IMG/VR virus record: IMGVR_UViG_3300037722_000144
Coordinates: 1-42,221 of that record
DNA length: 42,221 nt
Reading direction: 5' to 3' (one strand)
DNA from: a virus
Lineage: Duplodnaviria; Caudoviricetes
Part shown: piece after piece, positions 26,418-34,582 of the stretch
Layout: the number at the start of each line of letters is the position of its first letter
How positions within the stretch are numbered: position 1 is the stretch's first letter
The notes under the pieces: model-generated
What the model was told of the DNA's origin: nothing
The model's database searches: none
What the model saw: the letters and a program-made list of their open reading frames with translations, nothing else
Made by a program: the position numbers and the translations under genes

Positions 26418-26443
26418 TTCCGTAACGCTAGTATACCTAGCTA

Positions 26444-26785
26444 TTACATTCCGAGAGCAGCCTTTGCTACTTGCTCTGCTTCTGTTTCGTTGCGCCCCGC
26501 AGCTACGAGAACCTTGACCATCTGTCGGAGTCTGAAGTCTGCGTCCTCAAGTGTCGGTGCAGAAATTCCAGCTGCCTTGAGCGATTCTGCTTGCGCCTTA
26601 CTACGTGCGCCAGCATTACGCTTGCTGTTCACGAGTGCGCGAATGTCCTCTTCGTCTGGAGTCTCGCGGGCTGGAATTTCATCTCCCTTCTGAAGTTCCT
26701 GATACTCGTAGGCAAATTCCACGGGCTCGGAAAGTGGAATTCCGAATGCCGTAGTGACTGTAGCTGTTTTTGTGACTGACTTCAT
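26444..26785 (-). CDS. Hypothetical early protein (own transcription unit, higher GC)
   Basis: AAGGA RBS, own promoter and terminator. Confidence 0.75.
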   Translation of the reverse strand: MKSVTKTATVTTAFGIPLSEPVEFAYEYQELQKGDEIPARETPDEEDIRALVNSKRNAGARSKAQAESLKAAGISAPTLEDADFRLRQMVKVLVAAGRNETEAEQVAKAALGM

Positions 26786-26826
26786 GTCTGTTTTCCTTTC
26801 GCGCGTTCATTCGCGTTTGATTCCCT

Positions 26827-26855
26827 AGTATTTCATAGGGAAATCGGGATGTCAA
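26827..26855 (-). promoter_or_regulatory. Sigma70-type promoter
   Basis: TTGACA-17 nt-AATACT on the - strand. Confidence 0.6.
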
Positions 26856-26865
26856 AGAGAAATCG

Positions 26866-26908
26866 ACAAACTCACGATATTATTTCGATTACAATATCGT
26901 GAGTTTGT
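26866..26908 (-). terminator. 16-bp perfect inverted repeat (terminator or processing hairpin)
   Basis: ACAAACTCACGATATT / AATATCGTGAGTTTGT downstream of the early genes. Confidence 0.65.
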
Positions 26909-26928
26909 GCTGTGCTGGTGTCATTGCT

Positions 26929-27162
26929 TTAGTCGTGCCGGTGCTCGCAAGCAAGGTCAAACGGATCCGGGCTGGTGTCTAGGCCCACGGAGTGTAGGGT
27001 CACCTTGCGCGGACTTATAGCTTCGCATTCCTGTCGCGTGCCATACCAGCGACCTACGCGGGGATGGTCTCCATAACCGGATCCGTTGTCATCGTCGGTG
27101 TAGACTTCCGCATACCAGCCCCCGTCGTCGCACAGGACGTTCTTTTTCAGTGTCATGGTCAT
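26929..27162 (-). CDS. Hypothetical early protein
   Basis: ORF in the GC-richer early block. Confidence 0.55.
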   Translation of the reverse strand: MTMTLKKNVLCDDGGWYAEVYTDDDNGSGYGDHPRVGRWYGTRQECEAISPRKVTLHSVGLDTSPDPFDLACEHRHD

Positions 27163-27163
27163 G

Positions 27164-27352
27164 CTACTTTCGTGGAAGTGACTGTGCGCGTTTCCAGCCT
27201 TCGTCTGTGACGTAGCAGGCTTCGCACGTGTCAGTTGACGCTGCCTCTCTGCTTTCTCTGGGTAGTCCTACCCATTGGTCGGTATGCGCGCTACTGGCAC
27301 ATACTAGAACGTAGCCGTCTGAGGTTAGTAGCACTTTTCGTGATTCATGCAT
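27164..27352 (-). CDS. Hypothetical early protein
   Basis: Probable start at MHESRK (27352), overlapping the upstream stop; the ORF track extends it to 27397. Confidence 0.45.
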   Translation of the reverse strand: MHESRKVLLTSDGYVLVCASSAHTDQWVGLPRESREAASTDTCEACYVTDEGWKRAQSLPRK

Positions 27353-27521
27353 CGTCCCTGTGCTCCAAGTGATGGTTGATTGTGTCGATAAGGTCATAGG
27401 CTGACTGACGAATAGCTAGGATGCTATCTCGGTCAGTCTTGTTCAGCCATTGCTGCATTGCACTTGCTAAGCTTTGATGGCCAAGACTAAGGTCAAGAAT
27501 CAGACAATACAGTTTATACAT
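27345..27521 (-). CDS. Hypothetical early protein (58 aa)
   Basis: AGGAG RBS then MYKLYCLILDLSLGH...; not in the ORF track. Confidence 0.6.
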   Translation of the reverse strand: MYKLYCLILDLSLGHQSLASAMQQWLNKTDRDSILAIRQSAYDLIDTINHHLEHRDDA

Positions 27522-27576
27522 GTCTTATACTCCTGTTTGTTGAGAGTCTAATACACTGCCTAGAATTGGTAGATAG

Positions 27577-27843
27577 TTACTTGATATTTCTTAGCTTGAT
27601 GTTTCCGAGATGGTCGAATAATTGAGTCAGCATTGCATCATCAAGAGAATATGCAATGATTCGCGCCCAATAAAGTTCATTAGACGCGCAAATGAAATTT
27701 CCGTTTCCCTGTCCATCATCTTCGTAGATAGAAAAACGAAATTCGTCTTCCGTGTTTTTTCCGTTGTCATGAATTGCATAACCTTTTTCGCCACTCAATT
27801 CATGTTGATATTTGTCGAAGTTTTCAGTCCAGTCGTAAACCAT
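27577..27843 (-). CDS. Hypothetical early protein (repeat-flanked cassette 2)
   Basis: AGGAG RBS at the end of repeat A. Confidence 0.7.
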   Translation of the reverse strand: MVYDWTENFDKYQHELSGEKGYAIHDNGKNTEDEFRFSIYEDDGQGNGNFICASNELYWARIIAYSLDDAMLTQLFDHLGNIKLRNIK

Positions 27844-27929
27844 AGCAGACTCCTATTCCCTAGGCAGTCTACTAGACTCTCAATTGGTAAGAGTCTAATA
27901 CACTGCCTAGAATTGAAAGTTACGGTTAG

Positions 27930-28139
27930 TTACTTTGCGCTAACGATGATACCATCCTTTACTACACATGCTGCATACCATCTGTGTGGCTTCGGATAGT
28001 GCGGACCTTCAATCACGATGTTTCCATTTTGAGTGACAGGAAACATTTCATTTGGATTGTAGGGCATCAGATTGTTACCAAGCTTCACTGATATGAGAAA
28101 ATCCTTTTTTGTCGCGTAGTTTGGATTAACGTATGCCAT
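27930..28139 (-). CDS. Hypothetical early protein (repeat-flanked cassette 1; EGPHYPKPHRWYA motif)
   Basis: GAGG RBS then ATG at 28139. Confidence 0.75.
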   Translation of the reverse strand: MAYVNPNYATKKDFLISVKLGNNLMPYNPNEMFPVTQNGNIVIEGPHYPKPHRWYAACVVKDGIIVSAK

Positions 28140-28227
28140 GGGCAAGACCTCTATTCCCTAGGCAGTCTACTAGACTCTCACCTGATATTCAGTTGTCAAC
28201 CGTCGTCAACCGCGATACCAACCATAC

Positions 28228-28244
28228 TGCACTCGCCATGCCAA
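28228..28244 (-). promoter_or_regulatory. Putative sigma54 (-24/-12) promoter
   Basis: TTGGCATGGCGAGTGCA, GG-N10-GC spacing, upstream of the early gene block. Confidence 0.55.
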
Positions 28245-28275
28245 CATTTTCCTAATGTTTTTGAATTTACATATC

Positions 28276-28306
28276 TCAGATTTTCTGAATTTTTCAGATT
28301 TTCTGA
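28276..28306. promoter_or_regulatory. Two tandem palindromic boxes TCAGA-TTT-TCTGA (putative activator/operator sites)
   Basis: Identical 13-mers at 28276-28288 and 28294-28306. Confidence 0.5.
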
Positions 28307-28425
28307 GTTTTTATGGTAGAATGTCAGCCAGGTATAAAATGTTAGGGTATATGCCCGTATACAACACTTTTAGGGTCCTGCTGCATAGTGAACCGGAGGG
28401 GAATATTAACCAAACTTGACGGAGA

Positions 28426-28767
28426 CTATACGGAGTCTATTTTTACTTTAGGATTAACTTTAAGACTACCCTGGGGGGTAGGTTGTAATGTTATTTCAGA
28501 AACTTTTGAACATACATTGCATAAATATTGAGTAGGTCCAATTTGTTCTAATAGATTAGGAGTAGCAGAGGTGGTGCTACAATGCGGGCATTTAAGAATT
28601 TTATGTTCAGTTAGTGGCTTAGAATATCCGCGTAACCTATCATTATGAAAATTTGAACGACATTTATCTGAACAGAATTTCTGTGGATTTTTACTAAATT
28701 GTCGCTTCGGCTCTAGGGGGCCGCCGCAGTTCTCGCATGGAGGGTAAGTCGTTCCTTCGCGTTTCAT
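28426..28767 (-). CDS. Double zinc-finger protein
   Basis: CENCG...KFCSDKCR and CPHC...CNVC; consensus promoter directly upstream. Confidence 0.75.
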   Translation of the reverse strand: MKREGTTYPPCENCGGPLEPKRQFSKNPQKFCSDKCRSNFHNDRLRGYSKPLTEHKILKCPHCSTTSATPNLLEQIGPTQYLCNVCSKVSEITLQPTPQGSLKVNPKVKIDSV

Positions 28768-28781
28768 GCCGTCTAAACGCG

Positions 28782-28810
28782 ATTATACGCCTTTCAAGGG
28801 GGGTTGTCAA
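28782..28810 (-). promoter_or_regulatory. Perfect consensus sigma70 promoter
   Basis: TTGACA-17 nt-TATAAT on the - strand. Confidence 0.85.
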
Positions 28811-28889
28811 GGGAAATCGGTTGTGAGACAATCGGGGAAAGGGGTCGAACCGCGTATTTTATTGTAATGTTTAGTTAGAGAATATTACT

Positions 28890-29432
28890 ATGATGGGCAT
28901 TTGTAACGATGAAGATTTTGAATTAGAAATTAATAGTCTTACTAAGATTGAACCTGAAATTATTCCCATGCCTGATAAGGGTAGAGGTTATGGTAATGGT
29001 CAAGTTCCTGAGTCACTACGAAAAATCATAGGTGAAGAATCTATTGAAGGAAATAGACAATCAGCATTAGAATTAGGGCGCGCGTTTGGTATTTCCGATT
29101 CCTCAGTTTCTGCCTATTCTGCTGGTTCTACTTCGACTAGTTCTTATCAGAGTCCTGTTAGAAGTTTAAATTCTCATCTTAATAAAGTTAAGGAAAAGAT
29201 TCAGTCTAAAGCGAGAAGAAGATTAACTTTAGCACTCGATAGTATTACTCCTGAAAAATTACAAGAAGCTAATTTACGCGAAGCAAGCGGAGTTGCGCGT
29301 GACATGAGTGTGATTATAAAAAATTTGGAACCTGAATCTAATAAGGAGGAAAATAATAATACTCAATTTGTAATCTATGCTCCTAGTTTTCGTGATGAAC
29401 GAAGTTTTGACATTATTCGAGTTAATGAATAA
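28890..29432 (+). CDS. Putative terminase small subunit (HTH)
   Basis: HTH-like ALELGRAFGISDSSVSAY, helical core, C-terminal beta strand; first gene of the late strand. Confidence 0.5.
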   Translation: MMGICNDEDFELEINSLTKIEPEIIPMPDKGRGYGNGQVPESLRKIIGEESIEGNRQSALELGRAFGISDSSVSAYSAGSTSTSSYQSPVRSLNSHLNKVKEKIQSKARRRLTLALDSITPEKLQEANLREASGVARDMSVIIKNLEPESNKEENNNTQFVIYAPSFRDERSFDIIRVNE

Positions 29433-29755
29433 TGCTAGAAGAACCCATTGGAGTTTCATTACTAGCATTACTAATTATTAAAGAATTATTCTCTTACTTA
29501 AAAGCTCATGATGGTAAGGAGCATAGGAAATCAGTAGGAGATGAATTAGAGAGAACATTAAAAGGAAGTATAATACCAATAATGAATCAACAAGTATTGA
29601 TACTAAATGAATTAAAAAAATTAGCCGTAAATGCACATGATGCTCATATTCATTTACAATCAGGTATTGATTCATTAAAGATAACCGACGAACGAATTCA
29701 AACAGATGTTAGTAATATTAGTCATAAATTACAAGGTAGAAATTCAGAATGGTAG
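29432..29755 (+). CDS. Membrane-anchored coiled-coil protein (possibly lysis-related)
   Basis: N-terminal hydrophobic segment plus coiled coil. Confidence 0.55.
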   Translation: MLEEPIGVSLLALLIIKELFSYLKAHDGKEHRKSVGDELERTLKGSIIPIMNQQVLILNELKKLAVNAHDAHIHLQSGIDSLKITDERIQTDVSNISHKLQGRNSEW

Positions 29756-29764
29756 GAGTTTAGT

Positions 29765-30109
29765 ATGAGTCAAGAACGAGTTTCAAGAGTTATTGCAGTT
29801 TTACTAGCTGCTGCAAATTCTACTAAAGTATTAGTAGCTGCTCCTGCTGCTGATTCAGGATTATCAATTTACATTCAAAGAATTCATTGGTCAATTGTAA
29901 CTGCTGCTGCACAACTTACTAAAGTTGGTGAAGATGGCGGTGGAGAAGATGACCAATTGTTAGAATTTGCAGAGTCAGCCGCGGGAAATGGAACGCGTGA
30001 TTTTACGGGTGTAGGATTTAAACTTCCTGCAGAAACTGCTTTATCAGCTAAACCTGCTTCTGCCGGTCCAGCTATTCATTTTGTTGTTGAATATACGATA
30101 GAGTTGTAA
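29765..30109 (+). CDS. Hypothetical virion-type protein
   Basis: AGGAG RBS; Ala-rich beta pattern. Confidence 0.6.
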   Translation: MSQERVSRVIAVLLAAANSTKVLVAAPAADSGLSIYIQRIHWSIVTAAAQLTKVGEDGGGEDDQLLEFAESAAGNGTRDFTGVGFKLPAETALSAKPASAGPAIHFVVEYTIEL

Positions 30110-30151
30110 TGTTTATTAGTCTGTTGGAACATTCTCTAAGACGGAAACAAT

Positions 30152-30493
30152 ATGATTAAAAAAATTCTATTTACAATTTTATTCATTTTAATTAGTTCAT
30201 TAGCATATGCACAAGTATTTCCTATTACTGTTACAGTAGTATGGGATGCTCCAGTAGAAACAGATCAAGTAACTAATCATACTTTAACATTTAATGGTTC
30301 TTCTATTACAGTTCTTCCTGCTAAATGTAATACTACCGAATGTTCCCAACAAATTACAATTCCACAAGCTGGAACTTATTCGGTTGCAGTAACAGCTACT
30401 AATATGTGGGGAACTAGCACTCCTACAGTATTAACTTTTAATGCTCGTTCTCCTGGTAATTCTGGACAACTTCGAATAAGGATTTCACAGTGA
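30152..30493 (+). CDS. Signal-peptide protein with fibronectin type III-like domain
   Basis: MIKKILFTILFILISSLAYA; VTVVWDAP...GTYSVAVTATN.WGTS. Confidence 0.75.
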   Translation: MIKKILFTILFILISSLAYAQVFPITVTVVWDAPVETDQVTNHTLTFNGSSITVLPAKCNTTECSQQITIPQAGTYSVAVTATNMWGTSTPTVLTFNARSPGNSGQLRIRISQ

Positions 30494-30756
30494 TTTGGTT
30501 ATCAGCAGCTTTAAAAATCTTTCCTTTAATCATTGGAGCAATTCATGCAGTTGAAAGGATTGCAGGAGATAAAAAAGGAAAAGATAAGCAAGATGCTGCT
30601 ATTGATGCAATTGGTGCAATGATTAAGTCTGTTGAAGTTGGAATAAGTAAAGAAATCATAGATGAAACTAAATTTCAAGAATTACTTCGTAAACTAATAG
30701 ATGATTATGTAGCTGTTCAAAATTTCATTCGAGATTTTCGGAGTAATAATGAATAA
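30490..30756 (+). CDS. Hypothetical protein
   Basis: Coupled ORF with an amphipathic N-terminus. Confidence 0.65.
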   Translation: MIWLSAALKIFPLIIGAIHAVERIAGDKKGKDKQDAAIDAIGAMIKSVEVGISKEIIDETKFQELLRKLIDDYVAVQNFIRDFRSNNE

Positions 30757-30922
30757 AATTTCAAAAGCTATTGCAGGTGGATTAGGTGCAGCGATTGCTA
30801 AAACTATTATGTTATTTATTCCAGAAATGAATATAGAGTCTAGAGAAGCTGTAGAATATGTAATTTATACTGTTATTACGGGATTAGCAGTTTACATTGC
30901 TCCTGCTAATAAGGGACTATAG
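30749..30922 (+). CDS. Putative holin (57 aa, two hydrophobic segments)
   Basis: MNKISKAIAGGLGAAIAKTIMLFIP...YVIYTVITGLAVYIAPANKGL; GGAG RBS; not in the ORF track. Confidence 0.6.
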   Translation: MNKISKAIAGGLGAAIAKTIMLFIPEMNIESREAVEYVIYTVITGLAVYIAPANKGL

Positions 30923-30950
30923 TTTAGGATTCTTTTTAATAAGAAATAAA

Positions 30951-33548
30951 ATGTTCCCTAGTAGACTAGAAGGATTTAAGCCATCGAAAAGACAAGAGAA
31001 ATTTCTATCTCTACCTACAACTATTCAAGAAGCTGCATATGCTGGAGGCGCAGGAAGTGGAAAAGCTCTAGCTTTAGATACTATTATTCCAACTTCCCAA
31101 GGTTATAAAAAAATAGAAGATGTTCATGTTGGTGATTACGTTTATAACCATGAAGGTTGGCCTACTGTTGTTTTTGCTGAATCTCCAATATTTGTAGACC
31201 ATGAATGTTTCAAGGTAACTCTTGATTCTGGTATAATAATTACAGCAGATGCAGACCATCTTTGGGTAGTTCATAAAAATCAGACAAATAGAAATAAACT
31301 AGGTCGATATTCTATTTTATCTACTAAGCAATTATTTGAAAGTAAAGATAAATGGTCTATCATAGTTTCAGAACCTCTCAAAAAAGAAAATAAAAATTAT
31401 CCTCTAGACCCTTATACTCTTGGTGCTTGGTTAGGAGATGGTTCAAGACAAGGAGCTATAATTACTTGTGCTGACTTGGAAATTGTTAATAGAATAAATC
31501 AAACTCATCAAGTAACTGAACATAATACAAAATATTCATATGGTATTCTAAAAATACTTGAACCTCTTCGGAATTTGAATTTACTCGGTAACAAACATAT
31601 TCCAGATTTATATTTTGAATTAGAATTTGATTTAAGATTAGCCTTACTTCAGGGATTAATGGATACTGATGGAACTATTAATGCTAGTGGAACTGGAATA
31701 GAATTGTCATTGTCAGATGAAAGATTAGCAAAAGATGTTTTAAAATTAATTTATTCACTTGGAATTAAGGCTTCTTGCACAATTAATAAATCTGTTTTGA
31801 ATGGTAAAAATTATAAAAATAGGTATAGAATTAAATTTGCAACTAAAATTCCAGTATTTAGTTTAAATCGTAAGGTTGAAAGACATGAGGTTGTTAGAAA
31901 CATTTCAAATAATAATACAACTAGAAATAAATGGCATTATATTAAATCAATTGAAATAACTGAAACTGTCCCAACAAAATGTTTACAAGTATTAGGTGGA
32001 ATATATTTAGTAACAGAAGCATGTATTCCTACACATAATACCGAAATACTTTTACTTTATGGTATTATTCATAAATGGCATGAATTTCCTACTTTTAAGC
32101 AACTCTTTCTGAGGAGAACATATCCAGAAATACGAGATGAAGTGTGGCCGCGCGCGTCGTTCCTTTATCGTAAGTTTGGTGCTACACCTAATCAACAGTC
32201 AATGACTTGGACTTTTCCATCGGGTGCGCGTATCATTTTTGGTCATTGTGAAAATGATAACGATGTTCACCGATATGATACTACTCAGATTAATCTTTTT
32301 ACTCCTGATGAAGTAACATCACTAAGCGAGTTTATTTATCTTTATATATCATTGCAACGTGTTAGAACTGCTGATTCACGATTACCAGCAATTACGCGCG
32401 GTGCTGGAATGCCTGGGAATATTGGTCACTTATGGTTCAAGAAACGTTTTGTAGACCCTTGTAAGCAGGGTGGAAAAATAATTGTAGGTCGCGCGGGTAG
32501 GAAGAGATTTTTTATTCATTCTACTCTTGCAGATAATCCCGGTATTGACCCTAATTATAAGCAGTCCCTTGAAGCTATACCTGATGCTGCTGAAAGAAAT
32601 GCTAAACTTTATGGTAACTTTGATGCTTATCAAGGTCAAGTATTTGATGAGTTTAGAGATAGATCTATTCCATTAGAGCCTGAAAATGCCATTCATGTAA
32701 TCGAACCATTTGAAATTCCCGAATGGTGGCCTAGAATTATGGTAGGTGACTGGGGCTATGCTGCCATGACCTATCTTGGATTTTTTGCAATTTCTCCTAG
32801 TAAGAGAGTTTATCAATATCGTGAATTAGCATGGAGAAAAACTAAAATTGAAGAATGGGCACCTTCTGTAAAGTCACTATTAGATGGTGAGAATATAAAA
32901 TTAGTAAAATTTTGTAAATCAGCTGGACAAGAAAGAGGACAGGAACATACTATTCAACAACAAATTAGTGAAGCATTAGATAGGGAAATTGAATTAAGTA
33001 ATAATTCTCCCGGTTCGCGCGTTGCTGGTAAGATGCTTATTCACGAGTATCTACGTTGGAAATCTAAGGCTATTATACCAAGTTCAGAGACTCCAACTTA
33101 CAATGATGAACACGCGCGATTCATTCTTCGTAATAAGGGACTTGAACATTATAAGAATTATCTTGCTCAATTTGAACCTCCTGAAGAGGAAATTAATTTA
33201 CCAAAATTTCAAATATTTAAATGTAATGAAGAGAATCACGATGGACATCCCTTTTGTTGTCCTATAATGATTGATACTATTAAGGCTTGTTCTTATGATA
33301 AGAAGAGAATTGAAGATATTCAAGAATTTAATGGTGATGACCCTATTGACACACTTCGTTATGCACTTGATACCGTAGATTCTTACTTCGATGAAGCAAA
33401 TGATGAATTTCAGAAAGTTCAAAAGCAAGAACAACTGATTCAAAGATTGCAAGGTAGCCAAAATTTTACAGCATTTTATAATCAAAGTAGAGCATTAGAG
33501 TCTAATGATAGACCGCGTATGATTAGTCGATATCATAGGAGTAGATAA
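30951..33548 (+). CDS. terL: Terminase large subunit with intein
   Basis: YAGGAGSGK/T Walker A, LRRTYPE, DEVT Walker B, GDWGY and DDPIDTLRY nuclease motifs; likely start ATG 30951. Confidence 0.93.
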   Translation: MFPSRLEGFKPSKRQEKFLSLPTTIQEAAYAGGAGSGKALALDTIIPTSQGYKKIEDVHVGDYVYNHEGWPTVVFAESPIFVDHECFKVTLDSGIIITADADHLWVVHKNQTNRNKLGRYSILSTKQLFESKDKWSIIVSEPLKKENKNYPLDPYTLGAWLGDGSRQGAIITCADLEIVNRINQTHQVTEHNTKYSYGILKILEPLRNLNLLGNKHIPDLYFELEFDLRLALLQGLMDTDGTINASGTGIELSLSDERLAKDVLKLIYSLGIKASCTINKSVLNGKNYKNRYRIKFATKIPVFSLNRKVERHEVVRNISNNNTTRNKWHYIKSIEITETVPTKCLQVLGGIYLVTEACIPTHNTEILLLYGIIHKWHEFPTFKQLFLRRTYPEIRDEVWPRASFLYRKFGATPNQQSMTWTFPSGARIIFGHCENDNDVHRYDTTQINLFTPDEVTSLSEFIYLYISLQRVRTADSRLPAITRGAGMPGNIGHLWFKKRFVDPCKQGGKIIVGRAGRKRFFIHSTLADNPGIDPNYKQSLEAIPDAAERNAKLYGNFDAYQGQVFDEFRDRSIPLEPENAIHVIEPFEIPEWWPRIMVGDWGYAAMTYLGFFAISPSKRVYQYRELAWRKTKIEEWAPSVKSLLDGENIKLVKFCKSAGQERGQEHTIQQQISEALDREIELSNNSPGSRVAGKMLIHEYLRWKSKAIIPSSETPTYNDEHARFILRNKGLEHYKNYLAQFEPPEEEINLPKFQIFKCNEENHDGHPFCCPIMIDTIKACSYDKKRIEDIQEFNGDDPIDTLRYALDTVDSYFDEANDEFQKVQKQEQLIQRLQGSQNFTAFYNQSRALESNDRPRMISRYHRSR
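31065..32039 (+). mobile_element. Class 3 intein with LAGLIDADG homing endonuclease in the terminase Walker A (325 aa)
   Basis: Starts ALALDTIIPT, ends PTHN before T; DHLW, TKCLQV; LGAWLGDG and LQGLMDTDG. Confidence 0.92.
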
Positions 33549-33871
33549 TGTTCTTACTAGATTGGTATCGTAATTATCTTGAACTTCGTAAAGAGTTTAC
33601 GATATGTGATTCATGTGAGACTCTTAAGATAGCATTAGAGCAGTCTAACCATGAAAAACGAGAACTTTTACAATTAGTTATTAGTAATAATAAACCTATT
33701 CAAGAATTACCACGTGATGACAAAGAATTAAAACCAATTAGAAGTTTTGTTCCCTGGTCAATTAGAAAGCAAATGTTAGAAAATGAAGATAAAAAGACTG
33801 CTCAATTAATGAAAGAAAAAGGAATTACAAATTTAGAAGAGGAATTAGAAATTGCCGAGCGAGAAAACTAA
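33548..33871 (+). CDS. Hypothetical protein
   Basis: Coupled ORF; CDSC plus coiled coil. Confidence 0.7.
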   Translation: MFLLDWYRNYLELRKEFTICDSCETLKIALEQSNHEKRELLQLVISNNKPIQELPRDDKELKPIRSFVPWSIRKQMLENEDKKTAQLMKEKGITNLEEELEIAEREN

Positions 33872-34397
33872 AAAACTTAGTATAGAACCTACACCTAATC
33901 TCTTACAGAGAATTTTTGGTTCAAGTTCTATGACTCCAGAAATGGAAGAAGGAATTCGTATTGCTCAGTCTGAAAATCCTAATATGGCAGATGTTCAGCC
34001 TTACGGATTTCTTAGTAGAATGATGTTACCAAGCGCGCAAGGTTATACTTCTCCTGGTAGAACTATTTATTTGAATCCTAAAACTATGATAGGTCAACAA
34101 CCTCAGGAAGTTGCTGATACATTAACACATGAACAAAAACATGTTGAACAAATGAATCAACGTGGTTATAATCCTGTAAGAGAATTTTTACATGAAACTT
34201 TTAGTAGGGAAGGACCTTATAGTCGTAGACCGGATGAAATGGAATCTTTTCAAGCTGAAAAAAGTAGACGAACTAGAATGAATAGAATGCCAACTGCAAC
34301 ACCTAATTTTGATACGGGAGAGTTTCATATGCCTCAAGATATAAGACTTTCTGAAGAAAAATCTAGAATTAATACTGGTCCTCAAGCTCGTAGATAG
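33852..34397 (+). CDS. Zincin-like metallopeptidase (HExxH)
   Basis: GYTSPGRTIYLNP...TLTHEQKHVEQ...PDEMES. Confidence 0.7.
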   Translation: MPSEKTKKLSIEPTPNLLQRIFGSSSMTPEMEEGIRIAQSENPNMADVQPYGFLSRMMLPSAQGYTSPGRTIYLNPKTMIGQQPQEVADTLTHEQKHVEQMNQRGYNPVREFLHETFSREGPYSRRPDEMESFQAEKSRRTRMNRMPTATPNFDTGEFHMPQDIRLSEEKSRINTGPQARR

Positions 34398-34404
34398 GAG
34401 AAAT

Positions 34405-34581
34405 ATGCCTGGAATTGATATTGGTCCTAGTAAGAATGAAAAGTCTTATAAGAAAGTAATTGATAAGATTGGAAAGTATTCAAGGAAAGAGGAACGTGGA
34501 AAAGAGGAAAAAAAACCTAGAGGATTAGCTATGATTTTAGCTAAAATTCGTGGAAAGAGAAAGAATAATCCTAATTACTAA
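34405..34581 (+). CDS. Small basic protein (58 aa)
   Basis: AGGAG RBS; MPGIDIGPSKNEK...; not in the ORF track. Confidence 0.65.
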   Translation: MPGIDIGPSKNEKSYKKVIDKIGKYSRKEERGKEEKKPRGLAMILAKIRGKRKNNPNY

Positions 34582-34582
34582 T

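Larger units (their letters stand above)
27543..28180. repeat. Array of two repeat types, B-gene-A-B-gene-A, where A and B are near-perfect inverted complements
   Basis: B = agagtctaatacactgcctagaattg at 27543-27568 and 27890-27915; A = ctattccctaggcagtctactagactctca at 27853-27882 and 28151-28180. Confidence 0.92.

Noticed and set aside
27543-28180. CRISPR array or mini-array
   Set aside because: There are two alternating repeat types separated by whole ORFs of over 200 nt, not 30-40 nt spacers. The Cas4-like nuclease sits in a Sak4/SSB recombination context and no cas genes are present.
30897-30950. TTG-initiated N-terminal extension of the terminase
   Set aside because: It overlaps the holin-like ORF; ATG at 30951 is the more plausible start.
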